Positions 8,762-16,579 of a stretch of DNA of 64,000 nt are shown here, piece by piece. Under the pieces are notes generated by a model, which worked only from the letters and a program-made list of their open reading frames with translations, had not been told where the DNA came from and made no database searches. How positions within the stretch are numbered: the stretch's first letter is position 1; every line of letters begins with the position of its first letter. The position numbers and the translations under genes are program-made. The stretch lies in the IMG/VR virus record IMGVR_UViG_3300044632_001003, positions 124,001-188,000 of that record. The stretch is one strand, 5' to 3'.

Positions 8762-9400
8762 TTATTTATTCCACTCTAACGCTTCTGAGACTGATGGAAA
8801 TTGTTCGGTAAATATTTTCTTACACTCAAGAGCAATATCCATGTGTTCTTTCTGAGTTCCATTTGCAGAACGAAGATTGATATAATGAATCCATGACCTG
8901 CATGATCCCGACATATAAATGCGTGTAGGCGTCGCTAAGGGCAGTACAAACCTTGCACACTCCTTTGCTACTCCATGAGCAAGAAGTTCCTTATAGAGTT
9001 GCATAGAGTGTGCAAAATGGTCTTGAATCTTACTCTGTAGAGTCAGTTTCTCATACTCAGAAATGTCGTCAATAGAGTTCTGACGATTCTTGGTATCTTG
9101 ACGACGAAGTTCAGGTACAGGAATATAATCGCTCAACAAAGAAGAATCTGCATAACGCTGCGAAAATTCTTGATATGTGAAAGAACGGTGCCTCAAAATT
9201 TGAGCTGCGATACCACGATTTGTTTCGATCTCAAGAGTCATAAAAGACTGCTCAAAAACAGACCAATGATTATGCTTAATGCAATAAGCAAGCAACTTGG
9301 CATAGTTTTCGTTGTCTTGATTCGCAGGGTTGCTAACTCTAGCAACATATGCCATTGTTTTTTCTGCATCTGGGGTCACGCTAATGAGTTTTACTGTCAT
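8762..9400 (-). CDS. thyX: Flavin-dependent thymidylate synthase
   Basis: HWSVFE, QILRHRSFTYQEFSQRYA, ARFVLP. Confidence 0.97.
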   Translation of the reverse strand: MTVKLISVTPDAEKTMAYVARVSNPANQDNENYAKLLAYCIKHNHWSVFEQSFMTLEIETNRGIAAQILRHRSFTYQEFSQRYADSSLLSDYIPVPELRRQDTKNRQNSIDDISEYEKLTLQSKIQDHFAHSMQLYKELLAHGVAKECARFVLPLATPTRIYMSGSCRSWIHYINLRSANGTQKEHMDIALECKKIFTEQFPSVSEALEWNK

Positions 9401-9564
9401 TTCTTTCCAAATCCTTTTGATGTTTTTGCTTCGAGTTCTGAAAGTTCTTCTTCCAGAATCCTTAATTGTGATTTCATTTCAATCAATTGCTCAGCAGAAT
9501 ATAAATGCTCTTGTTTAATCAATCTACGGAGCAATTTCATCATTTTTCTTGCCCTATTAGTCAT
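9397..9564 (-). CDS. Small conserved cyanophage protein (55 aa)
   Basis: Hand translation MTNRARKMMKLLRRLIKQEHLYS...SKGFGKK*; ATGA overlap with thyX. Confidence 0.75.
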   Translation of the reverse strand: MTNRARKMMKLLRRLIKQEHLYSAEQLIEMKSQLRILEEELSELEAKTSKGFGKK

Positions 9565-9730
9565 CTAAATCAGAATCCTCAAAAATTTCGTCGTAATCTA
9601 ACATTGGTCTTTTTCTGACTTCTGGATTTGTATAAGAATATGCAGATACATCAGAATAAACTTCTGCTTTCAGAGAATCAACCAAGAGTTCTAGATTACG
9701 GACAATAAGTTTTAGTTTGTCTTTATCCAT
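9557..9730 (-). CDS. Small conserved cyanophage protein (57 aa)
   Basis: Hand translation MDKDKLKLIVRNLELLVDSLKAEVYSD...DYDEIFEDSDLDD*. Confidence 0.8.
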   Translation of the reverse strand: MDKDKLKLIVRNLELLVDSLKAEVYSDVSAYSYTNPEVRKRPMLDYDEIFEDSDLDD

Positions 9731-9751
9731 AAGATACTATTCTCTTTCAAT

Positions 9752-9790
9752 ATTTTAACATAAAAAAAGGAGGGAATCAACCCTCCTTTA
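9752..9790 (-). terminator. Intrinsic terminator overlapping a sigma70-type promoter
   Basis: GGAGGG-TTGATT-CCCTCC-T7; TTGATT-17 nt-TAAAAT. Confidence 0.8.
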
Positions 9791-9792
9791 CT

Positions 9793-9894
9793 TCAAGCAA
9801 CTTGTGGTTGCTTCGCCATATTCAGTTGTGCGTTATGAAGGAGTTTTTCCTTTTTTGCTTTGAGTTTGAGATAGCGAACGAAGTAAGTGTTCAT
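9793..9894 (-). CDS. 33-aa basic peptide
   Basis: MNTYFVRYLKLKAKKEKLLHNAQLNMAKQPQVA*; GGAGG RBS; ATGA coupling to the DUF4278 gene. Confidence 0.7.
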   Translation of the reverse strand: MNTYFVRYLKLKAKKEKLLHNAQLNMAKQPQVA

Positions 9895-10055
9895 TTTGCA
9901 CCTCCCTTAGTTTTAGACATAGAGAGTTTGTTTCCATTTTCATCAACGTAAAACATAGTACCACGATAAATTTCTACGTGGGGTTCAATTTTAAACGTTT
10001 GATTTGGACGTTCTGCGGTATCATATTCGACACCACGATATACGACTTTAGACAT
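9891..10055 (-). CDS. DUF4278 family protein (54 aa)
   Basis: MSKVVYRGVEYDT...EIYRGTMF: two YRG motifs; AAGGAG RBS; directly downstream of glutamine riboswitch-like RNA. Confidence 0.8.
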   Translation of the reverse strand: MSKVVYRGVEYDTAERPNQTFKIEPHVEIYRGTMFYVDENGNKLSMSKTKGGAK

Positions 10056-10087
10056 TAGGTTTTCTCCTTAATTTTGAGGCTAAAGAG

Positions 10088-10256
10088 CGTTCCTTCAGTC
10101 GGCTTTTGCGTCTATGAATTTACAAGTTCTTGGAGATCCTTCTTTAAAGATCTGAATAAGTTCAGATCTTGCAGGCTCATCCATTTTTAGTTTTACATTA
10201 CTAATAAGTCTTTGAGCCTCAATGCAAGTCCAGAGAATTGTTTCCATAGATGAACG
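10088..10256 (-). ncRNA. Glutamine riboswitch-like aptamer 2 (Downstream-peptide/glnA family) with an ORF in its P2 loop
   Basis: CGTTCA-TCTATG...CATAGA-CGCAAAAGCCGACTGAAGGAACG; P1 CGTTC/GAACG, P2 TCTATG/CATAGA. Confidence 0.8.
10095..10247 (-). CDS. 50-aa two-cysteine protein nested in aptamer 2
   Basis: METILWTCIEAQRLISNVKLKMDEPARSELIQIFKEGSPRTCKFIDAKAD*. Confidence 0.7.
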   Translation of the reverse strand: METILWTCIEAQRLISNVKLKMDEPARSELIQIFKEGSPRTCKFIDAKAD

Positions 10257-10259
10257 ATC

Positions 10260-10510
10260 CGTTCCGAGTCGGCTTACTTCCGTCCTATTCAGTTTAGCAC
10301 TTAAGTCTTATAACGTCCTTTCGGAGTTCTGATAGCAATCGGTCTTCTTTTCTTTGGTCTACTACATCGTCGTTTTTAACGATGTCCATTAGTTCCCACG
10401 CTGCGTCGCAACTTATAGTCACTTGATTAGATTTGGCAAGTTGAGGCGTAGAAATAGAAAGAAGTGGAACCCATGCTAAAAGCAAAAGTGCTTTAGTCAT
10501 AGGATGAACG
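10260..10510 (-). ncRNA. Glutamine riboswitch-like aptamer 1 with an ORF in its P2 loop
   Basis: CGTTCA-TCCTAT...ATAGGA-CGGAAGTAAGCCGACTCGGAACG; P1 CGTTC/GAACG, P2 TCCTAT/ATAGGA. Confidence 0.72.
10294..10500 (-). CDS. 68-aa two-cysteine protein with a signal-peptide-like N-terminus, nested in aptamer 1
   Basis: MTKALLLLAWVPLLSISTP...SCDAAWEL...LKC*. Confidence 0.7.
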   Translation of the reverse strand: MTKALLLLAWVPLLSISTPQLAKSNQVTISCDAAWELMDIVKNDDVVDQRKEDRLLSELRKDVIRLKC

Positions 10511-10520
10511 TTAGGGGATT

Positions 10521-10550
10521 ATTATACCCCTATTCACACTATATAGTCAA
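10521..10550 (-). promoter_or_regulatory. sigma70-type promoter for the riboswitch unit
   Basis: TTGACT-18 nt-TATAAT; predicted start ~10514, just before aptamer 1. Confidence 0.75.
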
Positions 10551-10566
10551 GTTTTATTTTGAAATA

Positions 10567-10580
10567 GTAACAATAGATAC
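10567..10580. promoter_or_regulatory. NtcA-like binding site
   Basis: GTA-ACAATAGA-TAC (GTA-N8-TAC) followed by A. Confidence 0.6.
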
Positions 10581-10676
10581 AAAAATGTATCTCTATTATA
10601 CTAAAAGGCGTGAAGATTTATGAAAACCTTCGCGCAAGAAAAATTTTGGCGGAAATTTTTTACCCCAAAAAGAAAA

Positions 10677-11030
10677 TCACTTTCGCTTTTTGGTTTTGGG
10701 TGCTTGATAACCCCATAACTTTGGATTGATTCTTCCATACCCAAAGTCAATACTCTTTAGATTTTCACGAAACTTGTCCCAGTACATATCAAACAAACGA
10801 ATTCGTGATCCTCTAGTTAAATCAAAACAAATTTCCTCATCAACAATATACTTTACGATGTAAGCATCATTCGGTGCTTCTTTAGTACAGACATCAGCAT
10901 ATGAACCATTTTCAATTAAAATATCACAACCATAGCGTGACTTACAGGTTTCTTTTTCTGCTGGTGTCCAATAGTCCATATGCTTTTCCGTATTGTGGGT
11001 TTCTTCAACTACATCACGAACCTGACTCAC
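10677..11030 (-). CDS. Conserved cyanophage hypothetical protein
   Basis: APNDAYIVKY...FDMYWDKF...GYGRINPKLWG; probable GTG start coupled to the upstream stop. Confidence 0.75.
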   Translation of the reverse strand: MSQVRDVVEETHNTEKHMDYWTPAEKETCKSRYGCDILIENGSYADVCTKEAPNDAYIVKYIVDEEICFDLTRGSRIRLFDMYWDKFRENLKSIDFGYGRINPKLWGYQAPKTKKRK

Positions 11031-11650
11031 GAACGACCTCCCCACTTAATATCAGGATAAGCTTGTGAAACTACTTCCCTGGTGAGTTTGTATTTGTCTG
11101 TCAGTTTTTTATCCTTAGTAAGAATAACAATTTCTGCTTCAAGAGGATGAAGACCTTGAAGAATGTTAATAAACATTGTTTCTCTACGAAGAGAACTCAA
11201 TCCATCGTTACCACCCTTTACAAAATTATAAAACTTATTATATTCCTTACGAATTGATGAGCGTCCCTGGTCCTGAGAACCTAAAGAACTACTTCCCAAC
11301 TCACCCATCTTAGAAACAGCATCTGTAATCTTTCCAGACAGAGTTCCGCTGAATGAAGTTTGTTCATCAGTACCTGCATAAGGTACATCTCCTGGGGGAA
11401 GAATAGAAACAACCGTCTCATCAAAGTTCCAAATAAAAAGAGTCTTCAGAGCAGGATGAGAATACTTTTGAAGTACTTCTACCTTTTTTGCTGTACTTTT
11501 TTGCTTACATGCAAGACTTAAAATCTCAAAAATAAATGGATTTGAAGGAAGATCGGGAATAGGAGATTCCTTCTTAACCGTAAATTTTGATTCAGTCTTC
11601 TTCGTCGCCGTTGTCTTCGTAGTCATGATAGTTCTCAAAGTTAAATGCAA
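11027..11650 (-). CDS. Conserved T4-like cyanophage protein (DUF6433-like)
   Basis: LFIWNFDETVVSILPPGDVPY...RRETMFINILQGLHPLEAE. Confidence 0.75.
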   Translation of the reverse strand: MHLTLRTIMTTKTTATKKTESKFTVKKESPIPDLPSNPFIFEILSLACKQKSTAKKVEVLQKYSHPALKTLFIWNFDETVVSILPPGDVPYAGTDEQTSFSGTLSGKITDAVSKMGELGSSSLGSQDQGRSSIRKEYNKFYNFVKGGNDGLSSLRRETMFINILQGLHPLEAEIVILTKDKKLTDKYKLTREVVSQAYPDIKWGGRS

Positions 11651-11819
11651 TCACCTCATCTGGAATTAGATTTCCTTGTCCATCAAACATTTCGGGGTGA
11701 GGTCGTGGAATTTCCCGATAGTTCATCATATATTCTCTTGCAACCCATCCTCCCATTATTCCAACTATAAAAAATAATACGGTTAAAAAAGAACCGAAAA
11801 CTAAACTAGTTGCTAACAT
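11592..11819 (-). CDS. Small membrane protein, conserved in cyanophages
   Basis: N-terminal TM helix then HPEMFDGQGNLIPDEVIAFNFEN. Confidence 0.75.
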   Translation of the reverse strand: MLATSLVFGSFLTVLFFIVGIMGGWVAREYMMNYREIPRPHPEMFDGQGNLIPDEVIAFNFENYHDYEDNGDEED

Positions 11820-11841
11820 AGTTTTTCTCCCTCGGGAACTA

Positions 11842-12015
11842 CTACTTTTTCCTTACTTTAATGGAAAACTCAAAGTAGATGGTTACTTCCCGTCTCAGAA
11901 AGCAAACCAACTTCTCGAATATAATATGAAAATCTTTGGGTTGCTTTCTTTTTCCTCCATTAAGAATAAATTCAACTCCACGATTAATGTGGATGTCTTT
12001 ATTTATGTCCGCCAT
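11842..12015 (-). CDS. Small hypothetical protein (57 aa)
   Basis: Hand translation MADINKDIHINRGVEFILNGGKRK...FEFSIKVRKK*; coupled to the glutaredoxin stop. Confidence 0.65.
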   Translation of the reverse strand: MADINKDIHINRGVEFILNGGKRKQPKDFHIIFEKLVCFLRREVTIYFEFSIKVRKK

Positions 12016-12251
12016 CAAACAATTTTTTGCTCTTGTAAAAACTTAACTGTATCAGTACATCCTCCTAATTTTTTATCATCAACAACAATTTGGGGAAATG
12101 TACTCCCCTCACCAAACTCGGAGTAAAATTCCTCTGCGGTAAAGTCCTTGTCAAGAGTATACACCACATGTGTCATCTTTGTCAACTTCATTACGCTTTT
12201 AATTTTGTCACAATATGGACAACCTGGTTTTGAATAGATTGTAAAGTTCAT
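12015..12251 (-). CDS. Glutaredoxin
   Basis: CPYC active site, TFPQI, GGCTD. Confidence 0.93.
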   Translation of the reverse strand: MNFTIYSKPGCPYCDKIKSVMKLTKMTHVVYTLDKDFTAEEFYSEFGEGSTFPQIVVDDKKLGGCTDTVKFLQEQKIV

Positions 12252-12278
12252 ATTTCTTTATAATTTTTGTATAAGTAT

Positions 12279-12878
12279 TTAATCAAAAAAGAACATGTGC
12301 CACAAGCGGCAGTTTTGAAGGCAGTCTCCAAAATATTCAGATGCTGAGTGAATATTTCCACCACTAAAAAGAACTAATCTGTTATAGACATTTCCTGCAA
12401 CATCTACTGGTTCATATGGAGTTCTATCAAGAAATGTTCTTTGATTAAAGACTTTAAGACCTTGACCTGCTGCCCAATCAATTTGAGAATTATGGTGAAT
12501 CTTAGTTTCTTTATGCCTCCACATGGTAGTTCCACATTGTGGTGGAGCATCGGGTGTTAGATAAACCATACCAGCCCAAGTCTGGTCATCGCAGTGATAA
12601 ACAAGTTTTTCCCCAGACCAATTATGCTGAAAGCGACCATTCATTCCATGGTCTTCCCACTTGATAATTGGTTGTCCAAGAAGATCTTCAAATGCTTCTT
12701 TTGTTCCAGGAATGAAAAATTGCTTACGAGTTCTCCTGCCAATGTATCCAGCATCATCAAAGAAATCTTGCTCTAGAGCAAATTTTCTTACAGCATCTGG
12801 ATCTCTATAGAAATTATCAACAATGATTACTCTCTGAGATTTTCTATATTCAGGATTAACACTTAATAGTTGATTCAT
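12279..12878 (-). CDS. DUF6445-like putative 2OG-Fe(II) oxygenase
   Basis: IIVDNFYRDPD..R, HCD, YNRLVLF, H...YFG, R...FF. Confidence 0.7.
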   Translation of the reverse strand: MNQLLSVNPEYRKSQRVIIVDNFYRDPDAVRKFALEQDFFDDAGYIGRRTRKQFFIPGTKEAFEDLLGQPIIKWEDHGMNGRFQHNWSGEKLVYHCDDQTWAGMVYLTPDAPPQCGTTMWRHKETKIHHNSQIDWAAGQGLKVFNQRTFLDRTPYEPVDVAGNVYNRLVLFSGGNIHSASEYFGDCLQNCRLWHMFFFD

Positions 12879-12879
12879 A

Positions 12880-13662
12880 TTAGAATCCTAGGTGCTTACT
12901 ACGAACAAAATCCAAATCAAATGTTGTTGCAGAAATAAATTGTTCTTTACCCTCAAATGGCAATTCAGTTGGACCACAAATCCTCCAATCTTTACCCCAC
13001 TTTTCAGTAAGGTAATCAATATTCATTGCATTAGATGCTTCAAGTTTTTCTTTCAGAGATGGATCATTCTTTTTAGTTTGACTTCCATGGGTGTAATACT
13101 CTTGCTTCTCACCAAACCCATGATAGTACATACTATTCAATTCCATAACTTTACGAATTGGTCGATGCATGAAACGCATAATCATATCAGCATCTTCACA
13201 ATAGGCAGGATATAGATTTTCATCAAAAAGACCAAATGCCCTAATGATATTTTCTCTAATCAGGAATAAATCCCAACTACCAACACCATAGTCACCTTTG
13301 TTACCATGAACCATTCCGATCATTTCATCAGAATTGACAGTATTCACCATCTCTTCTAAGAATCCTGGACCAAAGGATACGTCATCATTGCAGATAATCC
13401 AGTAGGGGGACATCAGATAACACTTGATAATCAAGTTCCAAGATCCAGCAACTCCAAGATTGCCAGGAAGGTGGGCAACCTTAACTTTTTTCACATACTT
13501 ATGCTTGATACTTGCCAGTTTATCCAAGTCTTCATCAAGTTCTCCTCGACCATTATTATTAACAATGAATACTTCATCGACAGGATAGTCGATGCTCATG
13601 AGTAAACGACTAACCCAGAATGTACTATTAACAACAGGTACTCCAATTACAGGTATAGACAT
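12880..13662 (-). CDS. Glycosyltransferase, GT-A fold (GT2-like)
   Basis: VFIVNN, NLGVAGSWN, ICNDDV, FDENLYPAYCEDAD. Confidence 0.75.
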   Translation of the reverse strand: MSIPVIGVPVVNSTFWVSRLLMSIDYPVDEVFIVNNNGRGELDEDLDKLASIKHKYVKKVKVAHLPGNLGVAGSWNLIIKCYLMSPYWIICNDDVSFGPGFLEEMVNTVNSDEMIGMVHGNKGDYGVGSWDLFLIRENIIRAFGLFDENLYPAYCEDADMIMRFMHRPIRKVMELNSMYYHGFGEKQEYYTHGSQTKKNDPSLKEKLEASNAMNIDYLTEKWGKDWRICGPTELPFEGKEQFISATTFDLDFVRSKHLGF

Positions 13663-13666
13663 AAGA

Positions 13667-15559
13667 TTACAGAGAATTTAACATGTACTTTTCAGCTTTT
13701 TTAGTTTCACCATCAACGCAAATCATTTTCTGAATGATTTTTTCATCAACCAATTCTGGATGCACCCACCAGTCTTCATAAGGTCTATTATCATCGGGTG
13801 AAATATTATCTACAACTAATTTATAACCAAAAGACTCAAGGTACTTTCGAGACTTATCTCTGAAAGATTTTGTCTCATCACAATAGTAGTCATGCTCATA
13901 AGTAATGACAGCAAAGCGATGAGTCTCAAAAGGCATCGTCAGGAGTATCTTGTAGGTGACCTCAGGAGGGTCGCAATCAAGTTGTAGGTAGTCGATATCG
14001 GTTGGCATGTCTAACCCATTCAGGAACCGCTCGTAATTGACTTTGAGGGCATCTTTGAGTAAGCATGTATGCTTTCTCTCCTGATTATGGGCATTAACAA
14101 AGTTTTCATCAATATCAAGGGCAACACCGTTCCATCCATATTTTGTTTCTAATAATGCAGTATTGTTTCCATAGAAAGCATTGCCTGCTCCAATTTCAAG
14201 GTATGTTCCATTCTTCTTACCATTGAGCATGGAAAGAACAAACATATCCTGATAAGATTCTGCATAGTTCTTTTCAACCTCTTTAGAACCTTTAAACTTA
14301 AATCTTAATTTACCATGATTCTTTTTAGAATACCAATTCAACTTTGGTAATCCAGATGATTTATCACCAGTGAGTTTTTCAAGATTAGAAATAACTGCTT
14401 GGCGATGCACTTCATCAAGTTCATAGTTGTCAAGCAAGTCCTGCAACATATCACGAGACTCATCACATAGACCACACCACCAAGATGATATGGCTTTCTC
14501 AAATAGAATTCCATAAAATCCTGGATAATCTACCTTAGTGCGTAGTGGTGGTGGATTCCTATCACAAAACTCTTCAGCAACACAAGCAGTTAGATAACAA
14601 TCTTTCCAACTTCCATCCTGATCAGAGCGTTCATAGTATCTCGCAAGAAGAAAATGACCTTCAGGGCGAGATGGGATAACTGTGATTGCATTCTGAATCA
14701 AACCCTTAACAGTAAATTTACGAGTTCCTTGTTTGTCATAACACATCGAAGCACGAATAAGGCACTCATACTGAAGTAGTTTATCATCAGACCTTTCAGT
14801 AGTTCTCAGATAATATGACATTGCAGCAGCAGTCTGCCCAATTTCATCATAGAAAATAGCCAACTCATAGTTAATCTCAGGATCATCTGGATTTTGAATA
14901 TAAGTTTCCAGAAGATTGATTAGATATGACTCATCAACAATATCGTTTTCTGTGTTTTTCATTAATACTTTCGATGCAAACTGGTCAGGAGTAATTAAAT
15001 TCAACCACTTCTTTCTATTTCTAGAAAAATTAGCAAAGTCTAATTTCTGAAATGCATTATCAAAAACTAACTTTTCTTGTTTGCCAACTTGAATGACTCC
15101 ACATCCATAATCAGCATCCACAACGCACATAGAAAGATCATCTCTTTCTTGTCTCAGAGTTACAAATGCTTTCCAACAATCTCCGTTCCAAATCCCACCA
15201 CGGAAGGGAATAACCTGATGCTCTTCCAGTTCTGGGTTCATATCGTGGCAGACAATGTATCCACCAGGATTCAAAATCTTTAGTGAATTTATTATGTCAC
15301 GATATACTTGGTCAGCATGATGCAATCCATCGATAAAAATTACATCAAAGTTCTCAGTATTTTTTTCAAAGAAATCATCTGAAGTTGCAAAAATTGTAGC
15401 TGGAGAAGTCAGTTCAGGATCGACACCAACCTTATAATCGCATTTGATTTCCCTGAAATTCTCTCCTGCAGAGACACCAATCTCAAGATACTTTTTTGCT
15501 TTAACTTTATCAATTAGGGATTGAATAATATCAGTTCTCTTCATCGTACTTTCCAGCAA
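13667..15559 (-). CDS. Methyltransferase - TPR-like - FkbM-like methyltransferase fusion
   Basis: N: YLEIGV, FDVIFIDGLH, GGYIVCHD; middle: helical repeats (YELAIFY, LLARYYE); C: YLEIGAG, IDYLQLDCD. Confidence 0.75.
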   Translation of the reverse strand: MLESTMKRTDIIQSLIDKVKAKKYLEIGVSAGENFREIKCDYKVGVDPELTSPATIFATSDDFFEKNTENFDVIFIDGLHHADQVYRDIINSLKILNPGGYIVCHDMNPELEEHQVIPFRGGIWNGDCWKAFVTLRQERDDLSMCVVDADYGCGVIQVGKQEKLVFDNAFQKLDFANFSRNRKKWLNLITPDQFASKVLMKNTENDIVDESYLINLLETYIQNPDDPEINYELAIFYDEIGQTAAAMSYYLRTTERSDDKLLQYECLIRASMCYDKQGTRKFTVKGLIQNAITVIPSRPEGHFLLARYYERSDQDGSWKDCYLTACVAEEFCDRNPPPLRTKVDYPGFYGILFEKAISSWWCGLCDESRDMLQDLLDNYELDEVHRQAVISNLEKLTGDKSSGLPKLNWYSKKNHGKLRFKFKGSKEVEKNYAESYQDMFVLSMLNGKKNGTYLEIGAGNAFYGNNTALLETKYGWNGVALDIDENFVNAHNQERKHTCLLKDALKVNYERFLNGLDMPTDIDYLQLDCDPPEVTYKILLTMPFETHRFAVITYEHDYYCDETKSFRDKSRKYLESFGYKLVVDNISPDDNRPYEDWWVHPELVDEKIIQKMICVDGETKKAEKYMLNSL

Positions 15560-16532
15560 TAAAATCTTCTACAACCTGAGGAGAAACTCTCAGCACATAA
15601 GCGGCATTATCTTGGAATCCAAAAGTCATTAGTAAGTCACCTTTATAGTAGCACATGCCCGTACAAAATTCAACATGGGCATCCATGAAAGAAAAGTCTT
15701 TAGAGAATCCTTGTATCTGCCAATTTTTATCCCATACAAGAAATCTGTGACGATACAATCCATCCTTTCTACCAACTTCACTCTTAAACAAATCAACTTC
15801 GTGTGTAAGAGCGAAGTAATAATTGTCTCCAAGGGGAAGCACATGAGAACCACCACGTACATCTCTGGGGATATCCACCATTTGAGTGAGAGCAATAGTC
15901 TCAGAAGTCCCTGCAGTAGGATTAACCTTGACAACTTCGGTAGGATTTGACCACTTTACATAGTGCCAATCCATATCGGGAATGGGCATCCAATTCTTTT
16001 CACAATAAGAATTAGGATCTTTGGGTGGTTCAATACGAACTCTTGAAACCTCTTTGACATAATCTTCTCCAACAACAATCTTGGACAGTTCCATTCTTCC
16101 CTGACCATTTGTTGTTGTATCCCTTCTTACACCAGAAATATACAAGTCTCCTCCCCAACGGAAAAGTCTAGCATCTTCTAGACCAACAAAATCCCAAAGA
16201 GGTTCTTTATCTAACTCAGAAGTATCAATCTTATTGACTCTCGTTATTTTTAAACTATCATCCAACTCCAAATAATAATTCGTAGTCCTTAGGTGCATAT
16301 CATTTTCAGGATGCACATAAGTCAAAGGACCCCACTGATGCTGAAAAGTTTTCTTTTCAGAGTGGTAGAATGTATAGTTCACATGGCGAAGATTTACCAT
16401 TAACTTACCATTATCATTGTAAATGGAAGGATTCATTAATCCCGTGCCATTTGTAAGATAAGAAGGAATGATTAAAGGATGAATACTACCACCATTATCT
16501 AAAGCAATTTTTGCAAAATGCATACACTTCAA
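15531..16532 (-). CDS. Five-bladed beta-propeller glycoside hydrolase/phosphorylase-like protein (GH130/GH43-like)
   Basis: NPSI, GLEDARLF, EKNWMP, RGGS, EFCTG, FGFQD motifs. Confidence 0.7.
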   Translation of the reverse strand: MKCMHFAKIALDNGGSIHPLIIPSYLTNGTGLMNPSIYNDNGKLMVNLRHVNYTFYHSEKKTFQHQWGPLTYVHPENDMHLRTTNYYLELDDSLKITRVNKIDTSELDKEPLWDFVGLEDARLFRWGGDLYISGVRRDTTTNGQGRMELSKIVVGEDYVKEVSRVRIEPPKDPNSYCEKNWMPIPDMDWHYVKWSNPTEVVKVNPTAGTSETIALTQMVDIPRDVRGGSHVLPLGDNYYFALTHEVDLFKSEVGRKDGLYRHRFLVWDKNWQIQGFSKDFSFMDAHVEFCTGMCYYKGDLLMTFGFQDNAAYVLRVSPQVVEDFIAGKYDEEN

Positions 16533-16579
16533 CTAAGGTTATTATCAATTATACCAAATATATATGGGTTTTACAAGTA

